A stretch of DNA of 64,000 nt from a virus, in IMG/VR virus record IMGVR_UViG_3300027741_000020, one strand, 5' to 3'. Positions 48,950 to 58,659 of this stretch are shown piece by piece. The notes below the pieces were generated by a model. It did no database searches, was not told the DNA's origin, and saw only the letters and a program-made list of their open reading frames with translations. A program made the translations under genes and the position numbers. Every line of letters begins with the position of its first letter. Within the stretch, counting starts at the first letter, position 1.

Positions 48950-49147
48950 ATGATAATACAATTGAATCCTATGATACCAATTAAACGCATATCCGACCAA
49001 ATGGAAGGATATGCTTTTCTTGTTATAGATTATTCACAAGAGCATGACTTATTATTTACGTGTGCTATGGATGATGGCGAAATATGGACATTGAATAATA
49101 AAGAAATAAGGTTTTGTAAAAATATTACATTAGAAAGAAAAGCATAA
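48950..49147 (+). CDS. Hypothetical protein
   Basis: 65 aa; VIDYSQEHDL...GEIW. Confidence 0.7.
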   Translation: MIIQLNPMIPIKRISDQMEGYAFLVIDYSQEHDLLFTCAMDDGEIWTLNNKEIRFCKNITLERKA

Positions 49148-49152
49148 AATAT

Positions 49153-49335
49153 ATGACACCAGAACAAAGTTATAGTATAATCTCATTATTGAATGATATT
49201 AAGAAGCTATTAGAGAATCAAAACGTATTGCTAGAAGCACAACAAACAAATCCACAAACAAAAATTACCGTTGTAGGTAATAAAGCAACAACAAATAACA
49301 TAAAATTAGATAATAGCGAAGATTTTATTTTATAA
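49153..49335 (+). CDS. Hypothetical protein
   Basis: 60-aa ORF. Confidence 0.55.
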   Translation: MTPEQSYSIISLLNDIKKLLENQNVLLEAQQTNPQTKITVVGNKATTNNIKLDNSEDFIL

Positions 49336-49364
49336 AATTGTAATTTATTAAATTATCTATAATA

Positions 49365-49486
49365 AAGGTTTATTGATAATCAACCAGTTATGGCAACCTA
49401 AAAATACGGGTTTTGCTAACTGGTTGATTATCAATAAACCTTCTTCTTTCCCAGTTTGGCCATGTCAAATATAAGTTGTATCTTTA
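49365..49486 (+). promoter_or_regulatory. Palindrome-plus-promoter module, copy 1
   Basis: Perfect 26-bp arms 49365-90 and 49417-42; TTTG (49455), N20, TATCTTTA. Confidence 0.8.
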
Positions 49487-49558
49487 CAAAGTAAAGGCAT
49501 CAGAGTAATGCCTCTATGGTTCAAATTTTATTAAGTAAAATATAAATAAATACACATT

Positions 49559-51871
49559 ATGAGTAAAAGTAGTAAAAACGTTAGTAAGTATAGTAGTGGT
49601 AATACCGGCTATACAGGCAGTAAAAAATCAGTATCTTCATTTTGGTATGATGATTATGATACTAAGTATGAATATCTTGATAAGTATAGTTCATATAATA
49701 CCGATGAATTGAATGCGTATAAACGTTCTAATGATTTATATAAAATGGCATCAGTTCGTAGAGCAATCGCCAATTTCGTACAAATCGTAACAACTAAATC
49801 GGTTCCGGTTACCTTTGCTACAAAAAGTGATAGTAAAACCGATGGTGAGAAAGTGATATTATCAGCCGATGTTGACGATAACTTTGATGTATCGGTTGGA
49901 TTGGCATTGCATGAGGGCTCGCATATTATCTTATCAGATTTTAAATTATTATACGCAATGTCTAATTGTAGTGATTCGTATAAATGGGATGTTTCGAGGT
50001 TTGAGCATACAAACGCTCAGGACATTGAAAATAACCTACCACCAACATACCCTAATATTCCATATTCGTTAGATGCTTCTATACTAGAGGTTATTAAGCA
50101 ATATCCGGCGTATCGTAATCAATTAAATGAGATATTCCTTTCCAATGGTAAGATTGGTAGTAAGGGTATTTTAACGGAACAAATTACTAATACTATTAGT
50201 GGTTTAACAAATTGGATTGAGGATAGACGTATTGATATGTATATATTCAAATCGGCTCCTGGTTATAGAGATTACTATACTTCGATGTATGATTACTACT
50301 TTAACGATAAGAGTGTAACAAAAGGTATAGCTTCTGATGATTTCACCGATGAAACGATAGATTCGTATATGTTTCGTATCATTAACCTAATGAATGAAAA
50401 TACCGACTTATCAAAATTGAAAGGATTGAGAGCCATTTATCGTTTATTAGATTTGAAAAATATCGGCCGATTAAATAGTTCAACTGATTCTTTGAATTTA
50501 GCGATTGATATTATGGAAATCATCCTTACAAATGTAATGGATAAAAACGGAGGTCAGATGCCACAATCGGCGCAGGGTAATGGGGCTAATGGTGGAAATG
50601 ATGAAGCTGAGGAAAATACAGCCGGTAATGGTAAGGCACCAGACGGTATGAGTGGTGATATGGATAATGAGGCAGGTGGTAGTGGTATGGATGCCGATGC
50701 TACTTCTACTGACGGTAAGAAATCAAACTCATCGGATAATGCACTAAGTAAGAAAGTATCAGATATTCTAAGTAAGAAATTCCAAAAACAAAAGGACTTC
50801 CTTAATGGTAACATAAAGAAAAAAACTTTGAGTACCGCAGATTCTAACAAACTTAAAGATATTGCTGAAAGTGAAACTGAATTGGTTCGTGTAGGTAGTG
50901 GTATGGAAACCGGCTATGGTAGAATATCGCAAGGTGTTGATTGTATCGTAGTTAAAAAGTTGACTAATAATCTAATTCAATCCAAAGACTTTCCATTCTC
51001 ACATACTAGCGGATGGGGAAAGGATGCGGTAGTTAAAGCATGGGCAGAAGAAGAAGTTAATCGTGGTATAACATTGGGTAAATTGTTAGGTAAGAAATTA
51101 CAAATAAGAAGTGAGAGTCGTGAAACGGTATTCAGCCGCTTGAAAAAAGGTAGAATTGATAAGAGAATGATTGCTTCGCTTGGGTATGATAATGACGGTG
51201 TATTCTATACAAACGAAATCGACCAGTATAAGAAAGCAAACCTACATATATCTCTTGATTATTCGGGCTCAATGGGTGGTAGCAAGTTAAGAAAAACAAT
51301 TACCTCTGTAGTAGCAATAGTTAAGGCGTGTGAGATGGCTCGTAACTTAAATGTTCAGGTTTCAATACGTTCAACTGATTGTAGTAGTAGTGGTGGTAAA
51401 TCGTTACCTTATATTTGTTTGATACACGACTCTCGTAGAGATTCATTCAAACAATTCGCTAAGTATATGACTATATTGGATTGTAGTAATACAACACCGG
51501 AAGGTTTATGTTTTGAAGCAATCCAAAAGTATTTGATACCGGCTGATAATTCAGTTGACTCTTATTTCTTAAACTTCTCAGATGGGCAACCTTGTTATAG
51601 TATCATATCAAAAACTGATAATATTACTTATGGTGGTGAATCGGCCGCCCTTCATACAAATAAGCAAGTGAAAAAAATGCGTGAGAGTGGTATAAATGTG
51701 TTATCCTACTTCATTACTGAAAAAAGTGAATCTAGTTTTGAAAATACACAAGACTGGCGAACATTCCAAAAATCGTATGATAAAAGTGCTAAGTATGTAA
51801 ATGTTGAAAATATAATGCAAGTTGCTAAATCAATGAATGACCTATTTTTACAAAAAAGTAATAGGGACTAA
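49559..51871 (+). CDS. vWA-domain protein with N-terminal HEXXH domain (CobT/MoxR partner type)
   Basis: LALHEGSHI; NWIEDRRI; Gly/Asn/Asp-rich linker; LDYSGSM MIDAS; TPEG; FSDGQP. Confidence 0.88.
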   Translation: MSKSSKNVSKYSSGNTGYTGSKKSVSSFWYDDYDTKYEYLDKYSSYNTDELNAYKRSNDLYKMASVRRAIANFVQIVTTKSVPVTFATKSDSKTDGEKVILSADVDDNFDVSVGLALHEGSHIILSDFKLLYAMSNCSDSYKWDVSRFEHTNAQDIENNLPPTYPNIPYSLDASILEVIKQYPAYRNQLNEIFLSNGKIGSKGILTEQITNTISGLTNWIEDRRIDMYIFKSAPGYRDYYTSMYDYYFNDKSVTKGIASDDFTDETIDSYMFRIINLMNENTDLSKLKGLRAIYRLLDLKNIGRLNSSTDSLNLAIDIMEIILTNVMDKNGGQMPQSAQGNGANGGNDEAEENTAGNGKAPDGMSGDMDNEAGGSGMDADATSTDGKKSNSSDNALSKKVSDILSKKFQKQKDFLNGNIKKKTLSTADSNKLKDIAESETELVRVGSGMETGYGRISQGVDCIVVKKLTNNLIQSKDFPFSHTSGWGKDAVVKAWAEEEVNRGITLGKLLGKKLQIRSESRETVFSRLKKGRIDKRMIASLGYDNDGVFYTNEIDQYKKANLHISLDYSGSMGGSKLRKTITSVVAIVKACEMARNLNVQVSIRSTDCSSSGGKSLPYICLIHDSRRDSFKQFAKYMTILDCSNTTPEGLCFEAIQKYLIPADNSVDSYFLNFSDGQPCYSIISKTDNITYGGESAALHTNKQVKKMRESGINVLSYFITEKSESSFENTQDWRTFQKSYDKSAKYVNVENIMQVAKSMNDLFLQKSNRD

Positions 51872-51898
51872 CCAAAAATACTAGATACTGAAAAGAAT

Positions 51899-52017
51899 GT
51901 TTATTAGTAATCAATCAGTTATGGCAACCTAAAAATAGGGGTCTTGCTAACTGATTGATTATCAATAAACCAATTTATCCTATAATTTGGCCATGTCCAA
52001 GATAAGTTGTATCTTTA
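51899..52017 (+). promoter_or_regulatory. Palindrome-plus-promoter module, copy 2
   Basis: 23-bp arms 51899-921 and 51948-970 (2 mismatches); TTTG (51986), N20, TATCTTTA. Confidence 0.8.
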
Positions 52018-52172
52018 CAAAGTAAAGGTAATCAAATAGTATGGTAGTAAGTAAAAAGTATATATGTGTATTGGTTGTGTTTCTATGTTTATTAGTTAAA
52101 CGTACCTTCGTATATGAAGTGGAAACCACAAAGTATTATTCAGTAAAAATTATAAAAAAAATAAAATAAAAT

Positions 52173-53597
52173 ATGGCTATTAAGAAAGTAACAAACAAAG
52201 TAAATAAATCTTCAACACTAAAATCTAAAACAAAAAGTATGAGTAAAGTATCAGCGACGGCTAAACGTACACCAGTAGCTAAGAAAAAAGTAGTAGCTAA
52301 GAAAAACACAACCGTAAAGAGAACGGTAGTAGCTAAGAAAGTAGCAACAAAAAAACCTACGGTAAAAAGAGTAACAACAAAAAAATCCGATATTGTTGTA
52401 GGGTTTACGAATGAAATTTACAAACCAATATTAGTAGGTAAAACATTCGCTCTTATGACTACTGATAATAAGCCAGTAACTTCGGTAAATGGTATCAGCC
52501 GTAGCCGTATCAAACAGGCGGAGGCTGAAAACAAAGCAATCCGTGGGTATGTAGGTAAGACTGGTAGTGTTACTTACAAATTGGTTGAAATGGACGAGTT
52601 CAAAAAGATTGCTAACATTATTGAAGAAAATGCTTGTGACTCGGTAAGTGAAGCATTTGAAACGCACGATGCACTTAAAGCATTTATACATGATAATGGT
52701 GTATCGCTTAAACCGACTGGGTTATTCATTGAAGATTTGAAATGGAAGTATTTGTTACGTTCAGCGGTACGTGGTAAAAATATAATGATGACCGGACCGA
52801 CTGGTTGTGGTAAGACACTTGCCGCTCAATCGCTTGTTCGTTCATTGAAACGTCCTGACTTCTATTTCAACTTAGGTGCAACGCAAGACCCCCGAGCAAC
52901 CCTAATAGGTAATACGCACTTTAATAAAGAGAGTGGTACATTCTTTAGTGAATCGGCTTTCGTTAAGGCTATCAAAACGCCAAACGCTATTATCTTATTG
53001 GATGAAATTTCTCGTTCTCACCCAGAAGCTTGGAATATCTTAATGACTGTGTTAGATGCTGGTCAAAGATACCTAAGATTAGATGAGGCCGAAGGTTCAC
53101 CAATCGTAAAAGTTGCCAGTGGTGTTACCTTTATCGCTACGGCTAATATCGGTAATGAGTACACATCGACTCGTATAATGGATAGGGCTATTATGGACAG
53201 ATTTGTTCAAATTGAAATGGATTTATTAGATAAGCAAAGTGAATACGAATTGTTGAAATACAAATTCGCTGAAGCTGATGATTATTCATTGAACGCTTTG
53301 GCTGAAATCGCCGATACTACTCGTCAGTTAATCAAAACGGACGCTAGTAAAATTTCAACAATCGTTTCAACGCGTGTGAATGTTGAAGCAGCCGGACTTA
53401 TCTATGATGGGTTTACCTTAATGGAGGCGGCCGAAATAGCAATCCTACCATATTTCAGTAATGATGGTGGACTGGATAGTGAAAGAGTGTTTATGAAGCA
53501 GTTGATACAAAAGTTCAACAAATCAACCGAAGATGAAAGTAAGTTATTCAATGAAGTTACTGATGATTCAGTTGATAGCACCACTATTACTTGGTAG
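52173..53597 (+). CDS. MoxR/CobS-type AAA+ ATPase with Lys/Val/Thr-rich N-terminus
   Basis: GPTGCGKT; ILLDEISR; FIATAN; MDRAIMDRF; STR sensor. Confidence 0.92.
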   Translation: MAIKKVTNKVNKSSTLKSKTKSMSKVSATAKRTPVAKKKVVAKKNTTVKRTVVAKKVATKKPTVKRVTTKKSDIVVGFTNEIYKPILVGKTFALMTTDNKPVTSVNGISRSRIKQAEAENKAIRGYVGKTGSVTYKLVEMDEFKKIANIIEENACDSVSEAFETHDALKAFIHDNGVSLKPTGLFIEDLKWKYLLRSAVRGKNIMMTGPTGCGKTLAAQSLVRSLKRPDFYFNLGATQDPRATLIGNTHFNKESGTFFSESAFVKAIKTPNAIILLDEISRSHPEAWNILMTVLDAGQRYLRLDEAEGSPIVKVASGVTFIATANIGNEYTSTRIMDRAIMDRFVQIEMDLLDKQSEYELLKYKFAEADDYSLNALAEIADTTRQLIKTDASKISTIVSTRVNVEAAGLIYDGFTLMEAAEIAILPYFSNDGGLDSERVFMKQLIQKFNKSTEDESKLFNEVTDDSVDSTTITW

Positions 53598-53624
53598 TAG
53601 TTTTTAATGGTGGATTGGAATTAA

Positions 53625-53650
53625 AGGGGAGCAGATAATACTGTTCCCCT
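53625..53650 (+). terminator. GC-rich hairpin after AAA+ gene
   Basis: AGGGGAGCAG-ATAATA-CTGTTCCCCT; weak U-tract. Confidence 0.5.
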
Positions 53651-53693
53651 AATTCTATAAAATATTTTTTCATATCTTTACAAAAAAAACATT

Positions 53694-53891
53694 ATGGGAC
53701 ATTCAATTTTATTAGCGTTGTTTTTGATACTTTATAGTAACTTAATCATATTCAAAACGCTTCGACAAACAACAACAGTTAGGACGATTAAAGATTACTT
53801 TAATTATGATGAGAACTCATTAGTTTTCATTAATTTATTAATGTTCATATTAAGTGGGTTAATCATCTTAATTAGCCATCTATTACAATAA
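53694..53891 (+). CDS. Small 2-TM protein
   Basis: Two hydrophobic helices. Confidence 0.6.
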   Translation: MGHSILLALFLILYSNLIIFKTLRQTTTVRTIKDYFNYDENSLVFINLLMFILSGLIILISHLLQ

Positions 53892-53908
53892 CAATCTAAA
53901 TTAAAAAC

Positions 53909-54034
53909 ATGACAAAAGAATTAACTCCAGGACAAATCTTCTTAATTATGTTATTAATTATTGGTATGTGTAGCTGTAGTAGAACAAGCTGCCCTTCACA
54001 TGACAGTAAATACTTCTATCATAATAGAATGTAA
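53909..54034 (+). CDS. Small putative lipoprotein (41 aa)
   Basis: Manual translation ...FLIMLLIIGMCSCSRTSCPS..., lipobox-like Cys. Confidence 0.5.
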   Translation: MTKELTPGQIFLIMLLIIGMCSCSRTSCPSHDSKYFYHNRM

Positions 54035-54055
54035 ACAAATAAATTATAAAATTAG

Positions 54056-54257
54056 TGTGTTTTTCCCTTGAGAAAGGAATGCCGTAAATAGTGAACCAAG
54101 TAACCACTAAAACACAGATGAGTTCTCAACATTAAAATAGTATAAACATTTGGTTTAATTGATTAAAGGTTTAACAGTCACAGTAATATGTGGTATTTTA
54201 ACACCTAAAAGAAGTAAGAATAATTAATCAATGTCTGTCAATTCAGACTACTATTTT
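54056..54257 (+). ncRNA. Two adjacent candidate structured RNAs
   Basis: H-type pseudoknot TGTGTTTT/AAAACACA plus TTGAGAA/TTCTCAA; then multibranch AAAATAGTA/TACTATTTT, ATTGATTAA/TTAATCAAT, GTCTG/CAGAC. Confidence 0.45.
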
Positions 54258-54288
54258 CTATTTTTAAACAACAAAAAATAAAACAACA

Positions 54289-55014
54289 ATGAATACTATA
54301 AAAAACTTAGCCTTAAATTGGTTCAATGATTTAGATATTAAAGAATATCACAGATTATCACCTCATAATAATTTATCAGATGAAGAAATAGAAAACATAT
54401 TCTATAATGAGGTAATTCTTAAATGGGCAGCAAATAACCCAGCATCAGTATTTGATTCAACCGAAGAAAGAATAAAAGAAAGATACCTTAAAGAACATTC
54501 TAAAGAAGAACCAACAGAAAATTATCGTAGAATAGCTTTAGATTGGTGGGAAACATTGCCATTTGATAGTTCAAATACTATTATTAGTAAACGACATTAT
54601 TTTGAGGAATATAAATCAAAAGTATTTACTCCAGCATTAAATTATACTCAATTAACAGGTAGAGAGGTTCAAAATATTTGGGCTGTAAAAACAGAAACCA
54701 AAGAAGCTGAAATGATACCTGAACAACCATTATCAGTAAATAAAGATGTTGAAATGGATGAAGAAACAGAAGAACAAGAAAATGAAAGAATATTAAATGA
54801 GGCATTTTTGCAATTTAATATACATTGTAAACAACCATCTTCTTGCAGAAATTCATTAAGTCAAAAATGTATTTGCCCACAACCTAAAGTAGAAGATAAT
54901 AGTTGGGATGAAGTATGGAATGTTTTTATTAATTCAGATATTAATAATGGTAGTAGTAGTTCTTTTTTAATGTTTTTGAAACAAAACAATTACACATTAA
55001 TTAAAAAACAATAA
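54289..55014 (+). CDS. Hypothetical protein (modular)
   Basis: Two similar segments, LALNWFNDL and IALDWWETL. Confidence 0.7.
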   Translation: MNTIKNLALNWFNDLDIKEYHRLSPHNNLSDEEIENIFYNEVILKWAANNPASVFDSTEERIKERYLKEHSKEEPTENYRRIALDWWETLPFDSSNTIISKRHYFEEYKSKVFTPALNYTQLTGREVQNIWAVKTETKEAEMIPEQPLSVNKDVEMDEETEEQENERILNEAFLQFNIHCKQPSSCRNSLSQKCICPQPKVEDNSWDEVWNVFINSDINNGSSSSFLMFLKQNNYTLIKKQ

Positions 55015-55093
55015 CAATGATGTATACTATAAATGGTATTAGATGCTATACCTTAGAACAAATTAAAAAAGCACTTAAAACTAAATAACAAAT

Positions 55094-55300
55094 ATGAATA
55101 ACAATAAATTTACAGGGTATTACGATGATAATAAACAACCAATTTTTGTTGGAGATAAATTAAAAAGTGAATGGAATTATGATGTTATTGTTTATAAAAG
55201 TGGAACTGAATATTTAGGTAAACTTGTTTGTGAAGATAATCATAGTTGTAAAAACATTCCTTATTCTTTAAATAAAGGCAAAGGTCATATTAAAATTTAA
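55094..55300 (+). CDS. YopX-like protein
   Basis: FTGYYDDNKQPIFVGDKL matches the YopX FTGxxDxNGxEIYEGD pattern. Confidence 0.65.
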   Translation: MNNNKFTGYYDDNKQPIFVGDKLKSEWNYDVIVYKSGTEYLGKLVCEDNHSCKNIPYSLNKGKGHIKI

Positions 55301-55304
55301 TCTA

Positions 55305-55790
55305 ATGAATAACAATACATTTTATTATAAAACAGATTTGGGAATTATTGTTAAGTTTAATAATACTTATAGATTAAAATCTACTTATGAATTGAAAAAA
55401 GAAATTAGTAAAGAAGATTTTGATAATTCCAATCCTATTAAACTAAAAAAGAACAAATATCTTGAAGAATTGAATATTTGGTTTAAAAACAATAAACACG
55501 AATGGAAGTTTGAACATTCTTATTTTAAGAAATTAGATAATTTTGAGATTGATAAACACGGAACATTACTAAATTACAAATGGTCTGATTTCCCTAAACA
55601 TAAATTAAAGTCTTATGGATATGGTACAATAGTTTTATTTCATTCAAGATTATATTATGCTTTTTTTGATGGAAATGCTTATCCTCAAATGCTATTATGT
55701 GATTTTTTAACTAAAGAATTTACTGGCAAATACACTAATATTCGCAATTTATCTCCAGTATTTAATATTGGTACAAAACAAATAATTTAA
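55305..55790 (+). CDS. Hypothetical protein
   Basis: 161-aa ORF. Confidence 0.7.
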   Translation: MNNNTFYYKTDLGIIVKFNNTYRLKSTYELKKEISKEDFDNSNPIKLKKNKYLEELNIWFKNNKHEWKFEHSYFKKLDNFEIDKHGTLLNYKWSDFPKHKLKSYGYGTIVLFHSRLYYAFFDGNAYPQMLLCDFLTKEFTGKYTNIRNLSPVFNIGTKQII

Positions 55791-55886
55791 CAATGAATAC
55801 ACCAATAGAGATTTATAATGATGTTATGAACCCAAGCAAACAAAGATTATTAGAACTTAAAAATGCTGTTAAACAAATTAAAAACA

Positions 55887-56282
55887 ATGACTAAAGAATT
55901 TATTCCATATCAGCAAGCATTAGAACTTAAAGAATTAGGTTTTGATGAAGAATGTTTTGCAATGTTTATGAAAGATTCATTTAAAAGTAGATGCTGGTGT
56001 AAGAACTCAGAATTTGAAGATAAAGTTTTATTTACATCTGCACCAACATTCTCACAAGCATTTAGATGGTTTAGAGAGAGGTATAGATTATGTTGTCAAT
56101 TTTCTTATTATCATATTTCTAAATGGGGATTTGAAATTTTAGAATTTACTGATTTGAAAATTACACCAAACAAAGAAGTTACAGATTTTAATAAACCAAG
56201 AACCTACGAAGAAGCAGAACTTGAATGTTTAATTAAATTAATTGAAATTGTTAAAGATGGAAAGGGTAAAAGTAATAGCTAA
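55887..56282 (+). CDS. Hypothetical phage protein
   Basis: MTKEFIPYQQALELKELGFDEEC...APTFSQAFRWFRE...TYEEAELECL. Confidence 0.75.
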   Translation: MTKEFIPYQQALELKELGFDEECFAMFMKDSFKSRCWCKNSEFEDKVLFTSAPTFSQAFRWFRERYRLCCQFSYYHISKWGFEILEFTDLKITPNKEVTDFNKPRTYEEAELECLIKLIEIVKDGKGKSNS

Positions 56283-56436
56283 AGAATATCCTAAATGGCA
56301 TGATAAGGAAATGTATATTTGGTATACAAGAGAAACTCATCAAGGTACATGGTATTACTTAGTTGATAGTGAAAACCTAAAAGGAAGATTATTTCCAGAT
56401 TTATATGTTGGAGAACATCAAATACAAAAATTATGA
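56257..56436 (+). CDS. Hypothetical protein
   Basis: Short ORF coupled to neighbours. Confidence 0.55.
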   Translation: MERVKVIAKEYPKWHDKEMYIWYTRETHQGTWYYLVDSENLKGRLFPDLYVGEHQIQKL

Positions 56437-56741
56437 AAGTACTAAACAATAACTATAAGGTTATAAAGATTAAAAGCGGTCACGTGGTAATACCTATCAT
56501 ACCACCACCCAAATACTATATTGGAGAAGTAGAATTAACAGAATATGACGTTAGAAATATTCAACTCGAAGTAGCATTAGGTAATCTATCTCATACGACT
56601 GCTAATGATTTAGGGATAGTTGATGATCTAGGCGTGGTATTTAATTTTAGAGAGGATGGGAAATTAATCAATAAGGTTAAAGGGTACGATACTATATCTA
56701 ATATGGTATTAACTATGATAAGAGAAGACAGAAAAAAATAA
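56433..56741 (+). CDS. Hypothetical protein
   Basis: 102-aa ORF, ATGA overlap. Confidence 0.65.
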   Translation: MKVLNNNYKVIKIKSGHVVIPIIPPPKYYIGEVELTEYDVRNIQLEVALGNLSHTTANDLGIVDDLGVVFNFREDGKLINKVKGYDTISNMVLTMIREDRKK

Positions 56742-56747
56742 ACAACA

Positions 56748-57032
56748 ATGAATATTCAATTAGAAACAAATAATTCTTTAATTCCTTTTGGTAAATACAA
56801 AGATAAAACAGTGGGAGAAGTTTTAAAGATTAATCCTAATTATTTAAAATGGATGAAGGAAAAATGTGGAAATGTTACTTTATCAAGACATATTTTAATA
56901 GAATTAAAACATAGGTTATATACTATGAATGACCATAAACCTTCCAATACATATAGAAGTAGATTTAATAACGATTATCTTGTAACAGGAGACCCTCAAA
57001 TAGACTTTGATTTAAGTTTATGTGGTCAATAA
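56748..57032 (+). CDS. DUF3820 / ExoX C-terminal-like protein
   Basis: IPFGKYKDKTVGEV...YLKWM motif. Confidence 0.7.
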   Translation: MNIQLETNNSLIPFGKYKDKTVGEVLKINPNYLKWMKEKCGNVTLSRHILIELKHRLYTMNDHKPSNTYRSRFNNDYLVTGDPQIDFDLSLCGQ

Positions 57033-57043
57033 AATAAACAACA

Positions 57044-57829
57044 ATGAAAAATATACATTTAATACCAACAGATAAACCAAGTAGGATAATTTATAATGAT
57101 GCAAATCAATTATGCTACCAATCTAATAAGTCATTTAAAAATGACAGAAAAAATAGAAAAAAGTTTAACATCTACATCACTAATGATGAAGAAATTAAAG
57201 AAGGGGATTGGTTTATACAAACTACTTATGAGGGTGTTTTTAAATGCTCTGATGCTAAAATAGAGTACATTTATTTTGATAGAGATAGTTATGAACCCAT
57301 TGCATATTGTAAAAAAATCATCCTAACAACAGACCAAGACTTAATTAATGATGGTGTACAGAGTATTGATGACGATTTCTTAGAATGGTTTGTTAAGAAC
57401 CCAAGTTGTGAGAAAGTTGATTTAGATACTTTTTCAATGGGAGATAAAATTTTGTATAATGTAGTTTTTCCAAAAGAAGAACCTAAAGATGTAATATTAG
57501 GATATAAAACTTCTTTAGATGCTCAAATGCTTGATAAGGTAGAACCTAAAAAAGAAACACTTGAAGAAGTTGAATTAGCTATTTTATTTCATAATACTTA
57601 TGAGAAGTTAGCACCAAGTTTTGGTTATGAAACAAGAGTAGATACAAAATCATTTGAAACTACAACTCCAAACGGAATGTTAATGATTGCTGTTTGTAAA
57701 GAAATAATTAAATGGCAGAAAGAAAGAATGTATAGTGAGAAAGAAGTTATTGCAATAGTAGAAAAAAGCAAGACAACAGGATTAACTGCTGAGTATTTAC
57801 TTTTAACTAAACAATTAAAAAAGAAATAA
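57044..57829 (+). CDS. Hypothetical phage protein (modular)
   Basis: MKNIHLIPTDKPSR; KIILTTDQDLI; ETLEEV and ERMYSE modules. Confidence 0.75.
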   Translation: MKNIHLIPTDKPSRIIYNDANQLCYQSNKSFKNDRKNRKKFNIYITNDEEIKEGDWFIQTTYEGVFKCSDAKIEYIYFDRDSYEPIAYCKKIILTTDQDLINDGVQSIDDDFLEWFVKNPSCEKVDLDTFSMGDKILYNVVFPKEEPKDVILGYKTSLDAQMLDKVEPKKETLEEVELAILFHNTYEKLAPSFGYETRVDTKSFETTTPNGMLMIAVCKEIIKWQKERMYSEKEVIAIVEKSKTTGLTAEYLLLTKQLKKK

Positions 57830-57831
57830 CA

Positions 57832-58080
57832 ATGACAGAAGAAACACTTGAAGAAGTTTGTGATAAAGTACTAAATTATCTTTACCCTAATTGTAAAATA
57901 GAAATGAATGCTTTACAGTATGGTAATTCTATTAATGCTTTAAAATCTATTAGTAGATGGAAGTCTGAAAGAATGTATAGTGATATGGAAGAATACTCTG
58001 CTTTTGTTTTAAAAAGCTACAAAGAAAGATTACCGTTATTACTTGCAAAAGATTGGTTTAAACAATTTAAAAAGAAATAA
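57832..58080 (+). CDS. Hypothetical phage protein sharing ETLEEV/ERMYS modules
   Basis: Nucleotide-identical module ends shared with the upstream gene. Confidence 0.75.
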   Translation: MTEETLEEVCDKVLNYLYPNCKIEMNALQYGNSINALKSISRWKSERMYSDMEEYSAFVLKSYKERLPLLLAKDWFKQFKKK

Positions 58081-58082
58081 CA

Positions 58083-58469
58083 ATGAAAAAATTAATATTA
58101 TTGCGTGGTTTGCCTGGAAGTGGTAAATCAACATTAGCAACCGAACTAGGTGGTGTACACTATGAGGCAGATATGTACTTTGTAGATGATAACGGAAACT
58201 ATAACTTTGACCCATCTCGTATAAAAGATGCGCATGCTTGGTGTCAAAACAAAGTGAAATTATCTATGGAAAATGGAGTTGAAAAAATTGTGGTATCTAA
58301 TACCTTTACAATGGAATGGGAAATGGAGCACTACAATATGTTAGCCGAAGCAAACGGGTATCGTGTTCATTCGGTTATAGTTGAAACTACACACAATGGT
58401 AAAAACATACATAATGTACCCGCTGATAAAATTAATCAAATGAAAGCAAGATTTGTGGTGAAATTGTAA
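58083..58469 (+). CDS. AAA_33 / polynucleotide-kinase-like P-loop kinase
   Basis: LILLRGLPGSGKST; VVSNT; HNVP...M..RF. Confidence 0.88.
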   Translation: MKKLILLRGLPGSGKSTLATELGGVHYEADMYFVDDNGNYNFDPSRIKDAHAWCQNKVKLSMENGVEKIVVSNTFTMEWEMEHYNMLAEANGYRVHSVIVETTHNGKNIHNVPADKINQMKARFVVKL

Positions 58470-58492
58470 AAAACCTTAGAATAGACTAATAG

Positions 58493-58614
58493 AAAGTTTA
58501 TTGATAATCAAACAGTTATGATTACCTAAAAATATGGGTTTTGCTAATTAGTTGATTATCAATAAACTTTTATTGTATAATATTAGGCCATTACGCAAAA
58601 ATGTAGTATCTTTG
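58493..58614 (+). promoter_or_regulatory. Palindrome-plus-promoter module, copy 3
   Basis: Arms 58493-518 and 58545-570; TTAG (58583), N20, TATCTTTG. Confidence 0.75.
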
Positions 58615-58659
58615 TATTGTCCGGCAGGTAGTAGGGCATTATACGATAAATTTTAATAT

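Noticed and set aside
52065-52135. Leader RNA structure before the MoxR gene (TGTGTTTC/GAAACCACA, CTTC/GAAG)
   Set aside because: Short, bulged, AT-rich pairing that is compatible with chance.
49365-58570. Palindromes as Fur or FNR boxes, or as transposon ends
   Set aside because: TTGATAATCAA has the wrong spacing for FNR and only partial Fur similarity; no transposase or target-site duplication is seen.
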